Source: Candidatus Latescibacterota bacterium
Lineage (GTDB): Bacteria > Latescibacterota > UBA2968
NCBI GenBank assembly: GCA_965208125.1
Contig: OZ242320.1
Coordinates: 2,784,001-2,848,000, forward strand
Direction: 5' to 3'
Length of the DNA: 64,000 nucleotides
The position numbers and the translations under genes were made by a program. Below, piece after piece: positions 37,247 through 46,091 of the stretch. Below the pieces are notes generated by a model, which was not told the DNA's origin, did not search any database, and saw only the letters and a program-made list of their open reading frames with translations. How positions within the stretch are numbered: the stretch's first letter is position 1; each line of letters starts with the position of its first letter.

Positions 37247-38557
37247 TTAGTTGACGTAATCGCGGCCTTTGCGCTGCGCCACCTCGCGGATGTTGGGGTT
37301 TACCGATGGGCGAAAGGGCACCTCGACGATCTCGGCGGGCACCGCGCAGTCGCCGTATTCGGGGGGAAGGTAGATGCACAGGGCTGTTCCGATGGCCCGC
37401 ATTTCCCAGGGCACATAAGCCAGCGCGATGTTGGTTTCCAACTCGGGCGAAAACCACGGCGAGGTGACGTATCCGAGCGGATCACCACCCTCGGCGGTAC
37501 TGATCAGCCAGAAGTCGTGGGCATAGTCCGTCACCGGCATTCCTCCGAAGGTGATCCCGACCAGTACATTGCGAAATGGGGGTCTCCCAGCCTCGATGGC
37601 CGCCCGCACTTCGTTGAGCTTTTGCTTGCCGATGTAATCGGCCTTCTTTTTGCGGGGCACCTGGTAGCCGAGGTTGCACTGGAACGGCAGGGTTTCCTGG
37701 TCCATGTCCTGACCCCAGGAGAGGATGCCTGCAGCGATGCGCCGATGATGGGCCGGGGCAATGACCATCAGTTGGTGCCGCTCGCCAGCTTTGAGCAGCG
37801 CGTCCCACAGATCTTCGGCGTACAGGGTGGCGTCTCTGAGGTAGATTTCGTAGCCTTTTTCGCCGGTGAAGCCGGTTTGCGAAACCACGACCGGGTGTCC
37901 GGCCACCTCCCCTTCCATCAAGCCATAAAACGGTATATCGCGCACGCGCTCGCCAAACAGATCAACCATCAACGCCTCGGACTTCGGCCCTTGAATTTGC
38001 ACCGGTGCCACATCGATTTCGCCGATGGACACGTCGTAGCCCAGCCCTACGTTGACACCGCGCAACCACAGTTCCAGGTCGCTGTCTGCCAGCGAAAACC
38101 AGTACTCGTCCTCGGCGAGGCGCAACAGTACCGGGTCGTTGAGTATGCCGCCATCTTCGTTGCAGAGGATGACGTATTTGCCGTGCATTGGTTTGATGAG
38201 GGTGGCGTCGCGGGTGATGACGTAGTTGACAAAGGCGGCGGCGTCTGGTCCCTTCACCTGAATCTGACGCTCGACTGCCACGTTCCACAGCGAGACGTGG
38301 TTGACCAGTGCGTCGTATTCGGTCATAGCCCCACCATCTTGCGGGCGCACATAGCCGCGCGGGTGGTATATGCGGTTGTACACGGTGGCACGCCAGCACC
38401 CGGCCTCCATTGACAGGTGCCAATACGGCGATTTGCGGACGCGGGTGGAAATGAGCATTTCCACCGGGGTTGCACCGGACTGGCGGAGATTAATGGGCAC
38501 GCGCCGGTCAGACTGATCTACGCTGGTGCATTGGGTAACTGATCGGAGGCGGTTCAT
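37247..38557 (-). CDS. Aminomethyltransferase (GcvT/DmdA-like) family protein
   Basis: RVRKSPY, LWNVAVERQI, GGILNDP, QIQGPKS, SQTGFTGEKGYEIY, RRIAAGILSWG. Confidence 0.88.
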   Translation of the reverse strand: MNRLRSVTQCTSVDQSDRRVPINLRQSGATPVEMLISTRVRKSPYWHLSMEAGCWRATVYNRIYHPRGYVRPQDGGAMTEYDALVNHVSLWNVAVERQIQVKGPDAAAFVNYVITRDATLIKPMHGKYVILCNEDGGILNDPVLLRLAEDEYWFSLADSDLELWLRGVNVGLGYDVSIGEIDVAPVQIQGPKSEALMVDLFGERVRDIPFYGLMEGEVAGHPVVVSQTGFTGEKGYEIYLRDATLYAEDLWDALLKAGERHQLMVIAPAHHRRIAAGILSWGQDMDQETLPFQCNLGYQVPRKKKADYIGKQKLNEVRAAIEAGRPPFRNVLVGITFGGMPVTDYAHDFWLISTAEGGDPLGYVTSPWFSPELETNIALAYVPWEMRAIGTALCIYLPPEYGDCAVPAEIVEVPFRPSVNPNIREVAQRKGRDYVN

Positions 38558-38634
38558 GGAAAATCTCCTGTTGATAATGCAATGGGACCTCAGGCTGGCT
38601 ACAGGGACAACCAGTAGATGATTCTTCGAATTGT

Positions 38635-38892
38635 TCAGTTGAGATGGCTTCTTGTCCTGCTTTTATACAACCCCAAAATCCCCACCGCGATCAATACGCC
38701 CGCTGTTGGTCCCGCTATGTCCAATCCCAGCCAGAATCCTTCTTTCCACTCGATGCTCTCTGTGCCGAACATTTCATCTACGACGACTACCTGCTGCTTG
38801 TTCTTCGTAAAGATTTGCGTTCCGTCTATTACCCACTTTGCACCTATACCTATCGCGAGTATAAATGTGATTATGCTGACGGTTTTCCACAT
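38635..38892 (-). CDS. Small two-TM membrane protein
   Basis: 85-aa ORF with GGAG RBS directly after the cytochrome-porin. Confidence 0.65.
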   Translation of the reverse strand: MWKTVSIITFILAIGIGAKWVIDGTQIFTKNKQQVVVVDEMFGTESIEWKEGFWLGLDIAGPTAGVLIAVGILGLYKSRTRSHLN

Positions 38893-38910
38893 GGGTTCTC
38901 CACACAGGTG

Positions 38911-40053
38911 TTAATAAAACACATGCAGTTGTAATGCGTAACGCGATGAGCGAAAGGTCTCTGTGTCGAGGATGCGATATTCGGGGCGCAGTTCAATTTG
39001 GGGTGTGAGAAATATTTGCATGCCAAGTACGGCCTGCCGAGTCATCAAATCAACAGGGCGTGCTGATGCGCGGATATGCGTTATTTCGCTGGTTTCTCCT
39101 CGCGCGAACAAAAGCAGTCCGGGGATTGCTTGAAGCGTGATATCAAGTGAAGCGGTTTTTGCTTCTTGCACATCTTCCTTATCGGATAGGACATATTCGG
39201 CCATGAGGGCGATCTTGTCCTGCGATCCGACGCCCGCAAAGAGATTTGTCATCAAAAAGTCGCCGTTTTTGAGCCACGATCCTCCCAGATAAAAATTCAT
39301 TCTTTGTTCGACCAATCTGGGCCACAATACGATACGTCCCAGGAATGAGGGTTTATCGCGGTTTTCGATCAAAGAGGCGTTTTGTACGGTGTTTTCAGAG
39401 AGTGCGCGGGCAGAATAAATACCTGCGGTTAGGGATAGCCACAGTTTTTTGTAATAGTGTACTTCTGCGCCGTATTCTGCGTAATTGGGCGCGATTAGCG
39501 ATGTGGCTCCGGCAACGTCTGGTGTTTGGCGCACGAGCATGGTGTGGTCGTCATACCGCATGCCAATGGTTGGCTGGAAATGCCCGACGCGCAATGCGGG
39601 CCAGTTGTAATTGGGTTGATAAATCGCCGATGCTGTCCACGCGCGCTGTCCCGCGTATTTTTCGGGGCCAAAATTATAAGAGCCTTCGATTTTCAGGGCA
39701 TTTGAGGGGCGGACAACACTGTATAGCGCAACTTGCATCGGGAATACTTTGCGCTCGGCTTCTGGCGATGTATGAGATCGCGCCATTTGTCCGCGGAGGT
39801 CTGCGCCCATGAGTACCAGGCCATCGGCATAAGCGGTTTTGCCCGGTAAGACGTAATTGGGTGCGAGCAATCCCACGCCGTCCATTGAGTACTGTCCCAA
39901 TTCGTCTCGCTGCGCTCCGCCCTGCGCGGTGATGTGACAGTTCACACATCGATTGGCCGTCAATAATGCAAATTGCGAAAGGGCATCCGCTTGCCCGACC
40001 CATCCCAGCAGGATTAATAGTCCCAACAATCGAAAACGTTTTGTCTTGGTCAC
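38911..40053 (-). CDS. Outer-membrane beta-barrel with N-terminal CxxCH (cytochrome-porin fusion)
   Basis: Signal peptide, ALSQFALLTANRCVNCH, amphipathic strands, C-terminal QLHVFY. Confidence 0.7.
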   Translation of the reverse strand: MTKTKRFRLLGLLILLGWVGQADALSQFALLTANRCVNCHITAQGGAQRDELGQYSMDGVGLLAPNYVLPGKTAYADGLVLMGADLRGQMARSHTSPEAERKVFPMQVALYSVVRPSNALKIEGSYNFGPEKYAGQRAWTASAIYQPNYNWPALRVGHFQPTIGMRYDDHTMLVRQTPDVAGATSLIAPNYAEYGAEVHYYKKLWLSLTAGIYSARALSENTVQNASLIENRDKPSFLGRIVLWPRLVEQRMNFYLGGSWLKNGDFLMTNLFAGVGSQDKIALMAEYVLSDKEDVQEAKTASLDITLQAIPGLLLFARGETSEITHIRASARPVDLMTRQAVLGMQIFLTPQIELRPEYRILDTETFRSSRYALQLHVFY

Positions 40054-40077
40054 ACTTCAATCCTTGGATTTTAAAGT

Positions 40078-40635
40078 CTAAAAAGTCTGCCCGTCTCCGG
40101 GGGGATTGCCGCCGAAAATTACTTGTTGGCCGGTCAGGTCGCGCAGGAAGATCTGCAGGCGGATGATGTGTACATTGCCCGCTCCCATGCGCATATTCAG
40201 GCCATCTATAACATCGAGGGTCATAAAATCGAAATTTTGCAAAAGAAAATTGGCTCCATCGAGATAATCTTCGAAGGCGGCTTCAAGTTCCTCGATGTGC
40301 AATCTGAGCAGATACGGATTTGCGGGACGCATGTCGTGCAAGGTAGATTGAATGGCGTGAATCCGCGCGATCATGGTGTTTATGAATTGCCGCGACCAGT
40401 AGCGTGGGATCAAGTTATTCGTGATCTCGGCGGTTACGCCGGCGTATTCTATAAAAAAGACGTCAATAGATGTAAACGCCTGGTGGATGTCGGCGATATA
40501 GGCGTTGACTTCATCCACAGTGACGTGGTCATACGGCTGTTCAGCAGATGGTTCGGGCGCAGGGGTCACGGGATTGGACGAACCACATCCCGTGTACAAC
40601 GCCAGCAGTGCAAAACACAAAATCCATCGTTTCAT
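40078..40635 (-). CDS. Lipoprotein, unknown function
   Basis: Lipobox-like LYTGC after a hydrophobic signal; helical domain. Confidence 0.7.
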   Translation of the reverse strand: MKRWILCFALLALYTGCGSSNPVTPAPEPSAEQPYDHVTVDEVNAYIADIHQAFTSIDVFFIEYAGVTAEITNNLIPRYWSRQFINTMIARIHAIQSTLHDMRPANPYLLRLHIEELEAAFEDYLDGANFLLQNFDFMTLDVIDGLNMRMGAGNVHIIRLQIFLRDLTGQQVIFGGNPPGDGQTF

Positions 40636-40642
40636 AAATGCC

Positions 40643-41158
40643 TCATTCGTTTTGTCCCATATAAAGCAGACGCCGTTTCTGATATCTCCTGGTATTGTTT
40701 AAAAAACGCGCGACTTCGTCATCTGACAATGTGCGACGCAGTTTGGCGGGTACTCCGGCGACAAGTGTGCGCGGCGCGACCTCTGCGCCTTCCAATACCA
40801 GCGCGTGGGCAGCCACCAGCGCGGATTCGCCTACTGCCGAGCCAGTTAATACGGTTGCCCCCATTCCGATGGTTACGCCCTGTTCTATTCGACAACCGTG
40901 CAAGATAGCATTGTGTCCCACGGTTACATTTTTGCCGACATTACAGGGATAACCCGGGTCGGTATGCACGACAGTGCCGTCCTGGATATTCGATCCTTCG
41001 CCGATCACAATGGGTTCAACATCGCCCCGAATCACGGCATTGAACCAGATGCTCGCATGTGCTTCAATCACCACGTCGCCAATTACAACAGCACCGGGCG
41101 CGATATAGGCCGACGGATCTATGTGAGGGGTTTTGTCCTTATAAGGCAAAATTGTCAT
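40643..41158 (-). CDS. Gamma-carbonic anhydrase family (hexapeptide-repeat) protein
   Basis: IGDVVI, IWFNAVIRGD, SNIQDGTVVH, VGHNAILHGC, AGVPAK. Confidence 0.93.
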   Translation of the reverse strand: MTILPYKDKTPHIDPSAYIAPGAVVIGDVVIEAHASIWFNAVIRGDVEPIVIGEGSNIQDGTVVHTDPGYPCNVGKNVTVGHNAILHGCRIEQGVTIGMGATVLTGSAVGESALVAAHALVLEGAEVAPRTLVAGVPAKLRRTLSDDEVARFLNNTRRYQKRRLLYMGQNE

Positions 41159-41162
41159 TGCG

Positions 41163-42125
41163 CTATCTCCGCTTGTTACCCTCAACAGGCCCCAGTGTGA
41201 AGGTTTCGCCGCTTTGCGTGGCTCTGGCACCTGTCACCAGCCCGCTTACAAAACCAAAGATGCCAAAAATTGCAGCGGCCCAGATTGTTGTCTCTTTGAC
41301 GTCGGCATTGGCCTGCCAGGCGGCAAGTGCTCCGGTCAATGCGCCTGTTACGGCTCCTCCAATTCCCTGTAAAATTGCCCGTTCCATCGCCGCGGAACCG
41401 CGTTCCCCAAAGAATTGCACTTTGTGAATTTTATCTACGGCGATTTTTTGAACGCTCAATTCCGTCTCGATCAAAATGTTATCATCGTCATAGGCGGGCA
41501 AAAATTCGCCTTTGATTTGTTTTCCATCCTTCAGGGTGACCATTCCGGGAAAGCGCGTTTGCACCTGGAAGCGCGTCCTGCGTTCTTCAAAAGATATGGC
41601 ATCCTCGGTATATTGCGGGTAGGTATCGTCTATTTTGGAGGAGTCTGCAATTGTGTACTCGCCTTTCACGATTTCATCGAAGTGTTCGATATATTCTCTC
41701 AGGCGGCGCAGATTATTTTCACTTTGCACATTCACCAGCCGCGTTTCAATGCGAGGGCCTGATCGATATTGAATTTTTATGGCGAGTTTGCCGTTGTCTT
41801 GTTTCATAAATTCGGCAAATTGAAATCCCGCTACGCCCAGATGCAAGATTGGAAGATTTATTTTTTGAGTATAAATAGTTACCCCCTGAAACAAAGCGTA
41901 GCGATTGCTTTCTTCTAAATCGATTTGAGGACCCACCCGGGGACTTAATACGATGCGCGTACCCGATACCTGCCGCACATCGACAATCTCCCAACCATCA
42001 TGTCCCAATTGGTAAATCCCGCGCTCGTATTGCGTTTTGTTTTCGCTTTCTGCTGCCCGAACAGGACAAAGGGAAAAAAGCAAAAAGCTCATCGCAGTAA
42101 TCAATGAAACCGATTTTTTAATCAT
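41163..42125 (-). CDS. Secreted hypothetical protein with C-terminal glycine-zipper TM helices
   Basis: Signal peptide; GGAVTGALTGALAA; GGAG RBS before ATG 42125. Confidence 0.65.
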   Translation of the reverse strand: MIKKSVSLITAMSFLLFSLCPVRAAESENKTQYERGIYQLGHDGWEIVDVRQVSGTRIVLSPRVGPQIDLEESNRYALFQGVTIYTQKINLPILHLGVAGFQFAEFMKQDNGKLAIKIQYRSGPRIETRLVNVQSENNLRRLREYIEHFDEIVKGEYTIADSSKIDDTYPQYTEDAISFEERRTRFQVQTRFPGMVTLKDGKQIKGEFLPAYDDDNILIETELSVQKIAVDKIHKVQFFGERGSAAMERAILQGIGGAVTGALTGALAAWQANADVKETTIWAAAIFGIFGFVSGLVTGARATQSGETFTLGPVEGNKRR

Positions 42126-42219
42126 GAGGTCTCCTCTGATATGAACAAATAACAGCAAATTTTATGTATCTATCCCCTTTAGCGGGCAAGCACAGAGGCA
42201 CCGCCCCTACATTTGACTT

Positions 42220-42870
42220 TTATCCGCGTTGATCCGCGTCATCCGTTTCATCCGTGTTCATTATTGCCTCGGAAATGCCATCTAAAATATACGGGCGGTA
42301 CTTGCGAAACCGCAGGCGAGGATGAAACCACGTGCCTTCGGGATCTGCTGTGCCGGGGATCGGGACCATGCTGGTCAGATCAATTCTGGACAATGTCGCC
42401 TCTCCCAAAAACCATTCCGCAATTTGTCTGGCCGTGCGATTTGGCCGACCATTTTCGATGGAAACTTCCCTGTCCATAGGAAAAAATAGCGCGCCATCTC
42501 CCAACACAGATACATCGTTTTGATATGCTTGTGCGGCTTCGGTCATTTGCCCGGGTTCTGATATGACAACACCTGTTACACAAGCAATATCCTCTTTGGA
42601 CACCACGTCGCTAAATAGCGTGCGAATGCGATTTTGCAACCCGCCGTAATTATCTAAAAGATGTGATAACCGGGGGTTCACGCCAGCTTGAAGAAGGCCC
42701 AGTGTATTGTAGCGCGAACATTCGGATACAAAATCGTCTTCATTGTCAAACAGTCCCACGCCGATCAGATTTTCGTCATCCATCACATTGAGTTGCGTGA
42801 GGCCCAAATCTGATTTGTGCTGAAGCAAATCGTAAAAACGCCGCACATCCCGCTCGTGAAAACGCTTCAT
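42220..42870 (-). CDS. Hypothetical protein resembling a degenerate RepB/AEP primase domain
   Basis: GLFDNEDDF...AGVNPR...VPIPGT motif order; start overlaps the argH stop. Confidence 0.5.
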   Translation of the reverse strand: MKRFHERDVRRFYDLLQHKSDLGLTQLNVMDDENLIGVGLFDNEDDFVSECSRYNTLGLLQAGVNPRLSHLLDNYGGLQNRIRTLFSDVVSKEDIACVTGVVISEPGQMTEAAQAYQNDVSVLGDGALFFPMDREVSIENGRPNRTARQIAEWFLGEATLSRIDLTSMVPIPGTADPEGTWFHPRLRFRKYRPYILDGISEAIMNTDETDDADQRG

Positions 42871-44258
42871 CCAGATGCCTCTCCATCGGTCAGCAAACGC
42901 CGCCCTGTTTCGATCTGTCTCAAAACAGAATCGCGTCCTGTTCCGCCATCCAGATTGCGCTGTGCTGTACTGGCTTCTGCCGACAATATCGCTTGCACAT
43001 CGGTGTCGAATACCTCAGATGCTGCGCGCAATGTCGGCATGTCCAATTCTTCCAATTTTTGTCCGCGCGCCAGAGCGGTTTTTACCAGTTCCCCAACGAT
43101 GCGGTGACACCGGCGAAAAGGTACGCCTTTTCGCGCCAGATAGTCGGCCAGATCGGTGGCTAAAATGGTGCCGTCTATGGCCTCGGCCATCCGCTCGCCT
43201 TTAATTTTCATGGTCTGCCATACACCCGCAAAGACCGATAGGGACATCAGCACGGTTTCTGCGGTGTCAAAGACGGGTTCTTTGTCTTCTTGCATGTCTT
43301 TGGCATACGCCAATGATACGCCTTTCATCACGGTGAGCAGAGACATCAGATTGCCGTACACGCGCCCGGTTTTGCCGCGTACCAGTTCCAGCGAATCGGG
43401 GTTCTTCTTTTGCGGCATCATGCTCGATCCGGTGCTGAAGGCGTCGTCCAGTTCGACAAACCCAAATTCAGAAGACGACCAGATGATCAGATCTTCGCAG
43501 AATCGGCTCAAGTGCCCCATCAATATGGATGATGCCGATAAATACTCGAGGAAGTAATCGCGATCACTAACTGCATCGATGCTGTTTTCAGTGATGCGAT
43601 CAAATCCCAGTTCCTCGCGCAAAAATTCTCGGTCAACCGGATATGCACTTCCCGCCAGTGCGCCCGAACCCAGGGGCATGGCATTTGCGCGTTTCCAGCA
43701 GTCTTCGAATCGCGAGCGGTCGCGTACCAGCATCCAGAATAGGGCCATGGCATAATGCGAGAAGCGGATCGGTTGTGCCTGTTGGACGTGCGTATATCCC
43801 GGCATCAGGGTATCGAGGTGTGTTTCAGCAACGTCCAATACCACGCCCATTAACCGCTCGATCTGCACGAGGGTGTTGGCGATTGTTTCGCGTAAAAATA
43901 GGCGTTCGTCCAGAGCGATTTGATCGTTGCGGCTGCGTCCCGTGTGGATTTTTGCGCCGGCATCGCCGACCAGTTCCGTCAAGCGCTTTTCTACTACCGT
44001 GTGTATGTCTTCCAGATCATCCGTCAATGGCAAGGTGCCCGCGTCGAGTTCACGCTCCACGCGATTTAGACCTTTGAGGACCTGTTCCAGTTCCTGTTTT
44101 GTTAAGACACCCATTCGGGCCAATGCGCGGGCTTGCGCTCGGCTGCCTTCAATATCCATTTTGTACAGGCGCCGATCAAAACCAATGGATGCATTGAATT
44201 TTTCCATTAGTTCTTCAGTTGATCCCGCAAATCGCCCTCCCCAGAGCTTTTCAGCCAT
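42867..44258 (-). CDS. argH: Argininosuccinate lyase
   Basis: KLWGGRF, HTGRSRNDQ, MPGYTH, GSSMMPQKKNPD. Confidence 0.97.
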   Translation of the reverse strand: MAEKLWGGRFAGSTEELMEKFNASIGFDRRLYKMDIEGSRAQARALARMGVLTKQELEQVLKGLNRVERELDAGTLPLTDDLEDIHTVVEKRLTELVGDAGAKIHTGRSRNDQIALDERLFLRETIANTLVQIERLMGVVLDVAETHLDTLMPGYTHVQQAQPIRFSHYAMALFWMLVRDRSRFEDCWKRANAMPLGSGALAGSAYPVDREFLREELGFDRITENSIDAVSDRDYFLEYLSASSILMGHLSRFCEDLIIWSSSEFGFVELDDAFSTGSSMMPQKKNPDSLELVRGKTGRVYGNLMSLLTVMKGVSLAYAKDMQEDKEPVFDTAETVLMSLSVFAGVWQTMKIKGERMAEAIDGTILATDLADYLARKGVPFRRCHRIVGELVKTALARGQKLEELDMPTLRAASEVFDTDVQAILSAEASTAQRNLDGGTGRDSVLRQIETGRRLLTDGEASG

Positions 44259-44373
44259 GGCGCATTTCCTCTCAACAGAGCCGTCATTGCGGCACGGTTT
44301 TAGCCGCAATCCAGTCTATCAAATAAGAATAACAAATATTAGCGAATTTTTTTAAGACCAATGACTACTCCAC

Positions 44374-45600
44374 TCACTGAAATTTAGCAAGTACGGTTCC
44401 CAGTTCTCGGAGAGATTTGTTGCGTCCTGGTGCCTCCATCAAATCTTGTAGCAATTCGCTGTCGAAAATAGCACTGCCAATGCCGAAATCCGTAATCCAG
44501 CCATCCAGTGCTACTCGATCTCCTCGGATATCCTCAAGGTTGATGACTTCTGTGCCGAGGCCAGGAACGTTGCGTAAGAGTAAAACGCCGAGCGAATCCG
44601 ATAAGTTGTCAGGGTTAAAGGCATCGAGAAGTTGAGAGCTATGGGTTGTGATAACCACCTGAGAGTGTTCGGAAATTTGCTCAAGAACATTTGTAATGTC
44701 TGCCAAAGCACCGGGGTGTAGATTCCTCTCTGGTTCTTCAATGGCAATAAGCGGCGGCAATTCAGGTTCGTTAAGCAAGATATAATATGCAACCAAACGC
44801 AATGTGCCATCAGATGCTCTCTTCAAAGGTATCGGCTTCTCATATCCTTCTGAAAGACAGAGCTGGTTATCTCCGTCAATTTTGCACTGGTCCAGTCTAA
44901 GATTAGTAGAAACAGCGAGAGAGTCACTAACGCTTTGGAAACGATCTGGCATATCCTCGTACCAGTCCGAGAGTAATACCGATAATATCGAACTATCATC
45001 ATTGAGCTTTGGAGATTTGTCCAACTCTCCTGATAAAAGTAAAGATAATGGAAGCACCTTGAAATGCTCTCGTATGAGGTCTGGTCGAAAGTCGCAAAAT
45101 TTCCACTCCTTAATAAACTCTGTCAAGGCTCTTGTTGTAGGCATATCTCCATAATCGCCTGCGGATTTCAAAGCGAGTTTATTGGACTTATATGGCGTGT
45201 CATTCTCTCCATCTTCATCCTTAACTTTGCCCTGTCCGTCCTGAACTGATATGACGTTTACATCGTTAACCAACAATTCTTCAGCAACAACCGGATTGTC
45301 AGCTTCTGCTTTCAGTTTCAGTTCGTATAGTGCTGAGATTTCTTTCACTTTTGCCTGTATTTGGAAAGTGATGTGGCTCGCCTCACCTGCCCAAAGGCGA
45401 TTTTGGATAAATTCAACTGGAGGCAGTTCTTCTTCTTTCATCATATCATTGAGAAGGTTCAAGGCATTCAAGATATTCGATTTTCCACTTGCATTGGGTC
45501 CGACGAGCACTGTCAAAGGCTTTAGCGGAAGCTCAACATCGCGCAAGCTAAGAAAGTTTTTAATATGAACTTTCTCTAAAAATGCTTTCTGTTCAGACAG
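44374..45600 (-). CDS. AAA_21/AAA_15-type ABC ATPase (defence/TA associated)
   Basis: IKNFLSL, GPNASGKSN, SDGTLR, IEEPERNLHP, ITTHS; frame extends to a CTG at 45600 behind a GAGGTG RBS. Confidence 0.85.
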   Translation of the reverse strand: MSEQKAFLEKVHIKNFLSLRDVELPLKPLTVLVGPNASGKSNILNALNLLNDMMKEEELPPVEFIQNRLWAGEASHITFQIQAKVKEISALYELKLKAEADNPVVAEELLVNDVNVISVQDGQGKVKDEDGENDTPYKSNKLALKSAGDYGDMPTTRALTEFIKEWKFCDFRPDLIREHFKVLPLSLLLSGELDKSPKLNDDSSILSVLLSDWYEDMPDRFQSVSDSLAVSTNLRLDQCKIDGDNQLCLSEGYEKPIPLKRASDGTLRLVAYYILLNEPELPPLIAIEEPERNLHPGALADITNVLEQISEHSQVVITTHSSQLLDAFNPDNLSDSLGVLLLRNVPGLGTEVINLEDIRGDRVALDGWITDFGIGSAIFDSELLQDLMEAPGRNKSLRELGTVLAKFQ

Positions 45601-45602
45601 GG

Positions 45603-45678
45603 CTAATCACCTCTTCTTTGATGAGGACGGCCTCTATTTGTCCCACGCGCCAGTTGTCTGGCAATCAGACGGGTTCAA
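45603..45678 (-). pseudogene. Remnant N-terminus of a HEPN-like toxin gene
   Basis: TTG-NPSD, frameshift, then IARQLARGTNRGRPHQ and a stop; overlaps the end of the upstream ORF. Confidence 0.45.
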
Positions 45679-46000
45679 AGTATCGGCCTTCCTGAACTGC
45701 TTCCCATTCAGACTTCTCGACGAATGACTTGCTCAGGAATAGAAAGTCGTCTATCCCCAGTTCCATCAGCTTTGGACGGATGCGTCTGGTCAGGCTAAGG
45801 GTCCATTCCGCGTCCAGACGTTTTTGATCTCCATCAAATACGATGGTAATATTCAGGTACTTGTCGCCATCGTGGTCTATTTTAGGCTCTACTATGATCG
45901 GGTCGAATACAAATTCGTCCTTGAAGCGTTGGGCCAATGTTTCCCTGACGATATTCGCAACTACATCGGTCTGTGTTTTGGTTACCATCGCGGGTGCCAC
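45665..46000 (-). CDS. Small hypothetical protein, possible MNT-like antitoxin
   Basis: 111 aa with DHDGD..L.I.IVFDG and SFVEKSEW; overlaps the remnant partner gene. Confidence 0.55.
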   Translation of the reverse strand: MAPAMVTKTQTDVVANIVRETLAQRFKDEFVFDPIIVEPKIDHDGDKYLNITIVFDGDQKRLDAEWTLSLTRRIRPKLMELGIDDFLFLSKSFVEKSEWEAVQEGRYFEPV

Positions 46001-46091
46001 TTGTGGTAGATGGTTGTAGATGTCTTATCAGGTTGATTTCAGAATAGGCCGTTCAATGTATCGTTTTTTAAACATTATGTAAATATTTGTA

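Noticed and set aside
37181-38413. 410-aa + strand ORF
   Set aside because: Antisense shadow of the well-supported aminomethyltransferase in GC-rich DNA; no recognisable motifs.
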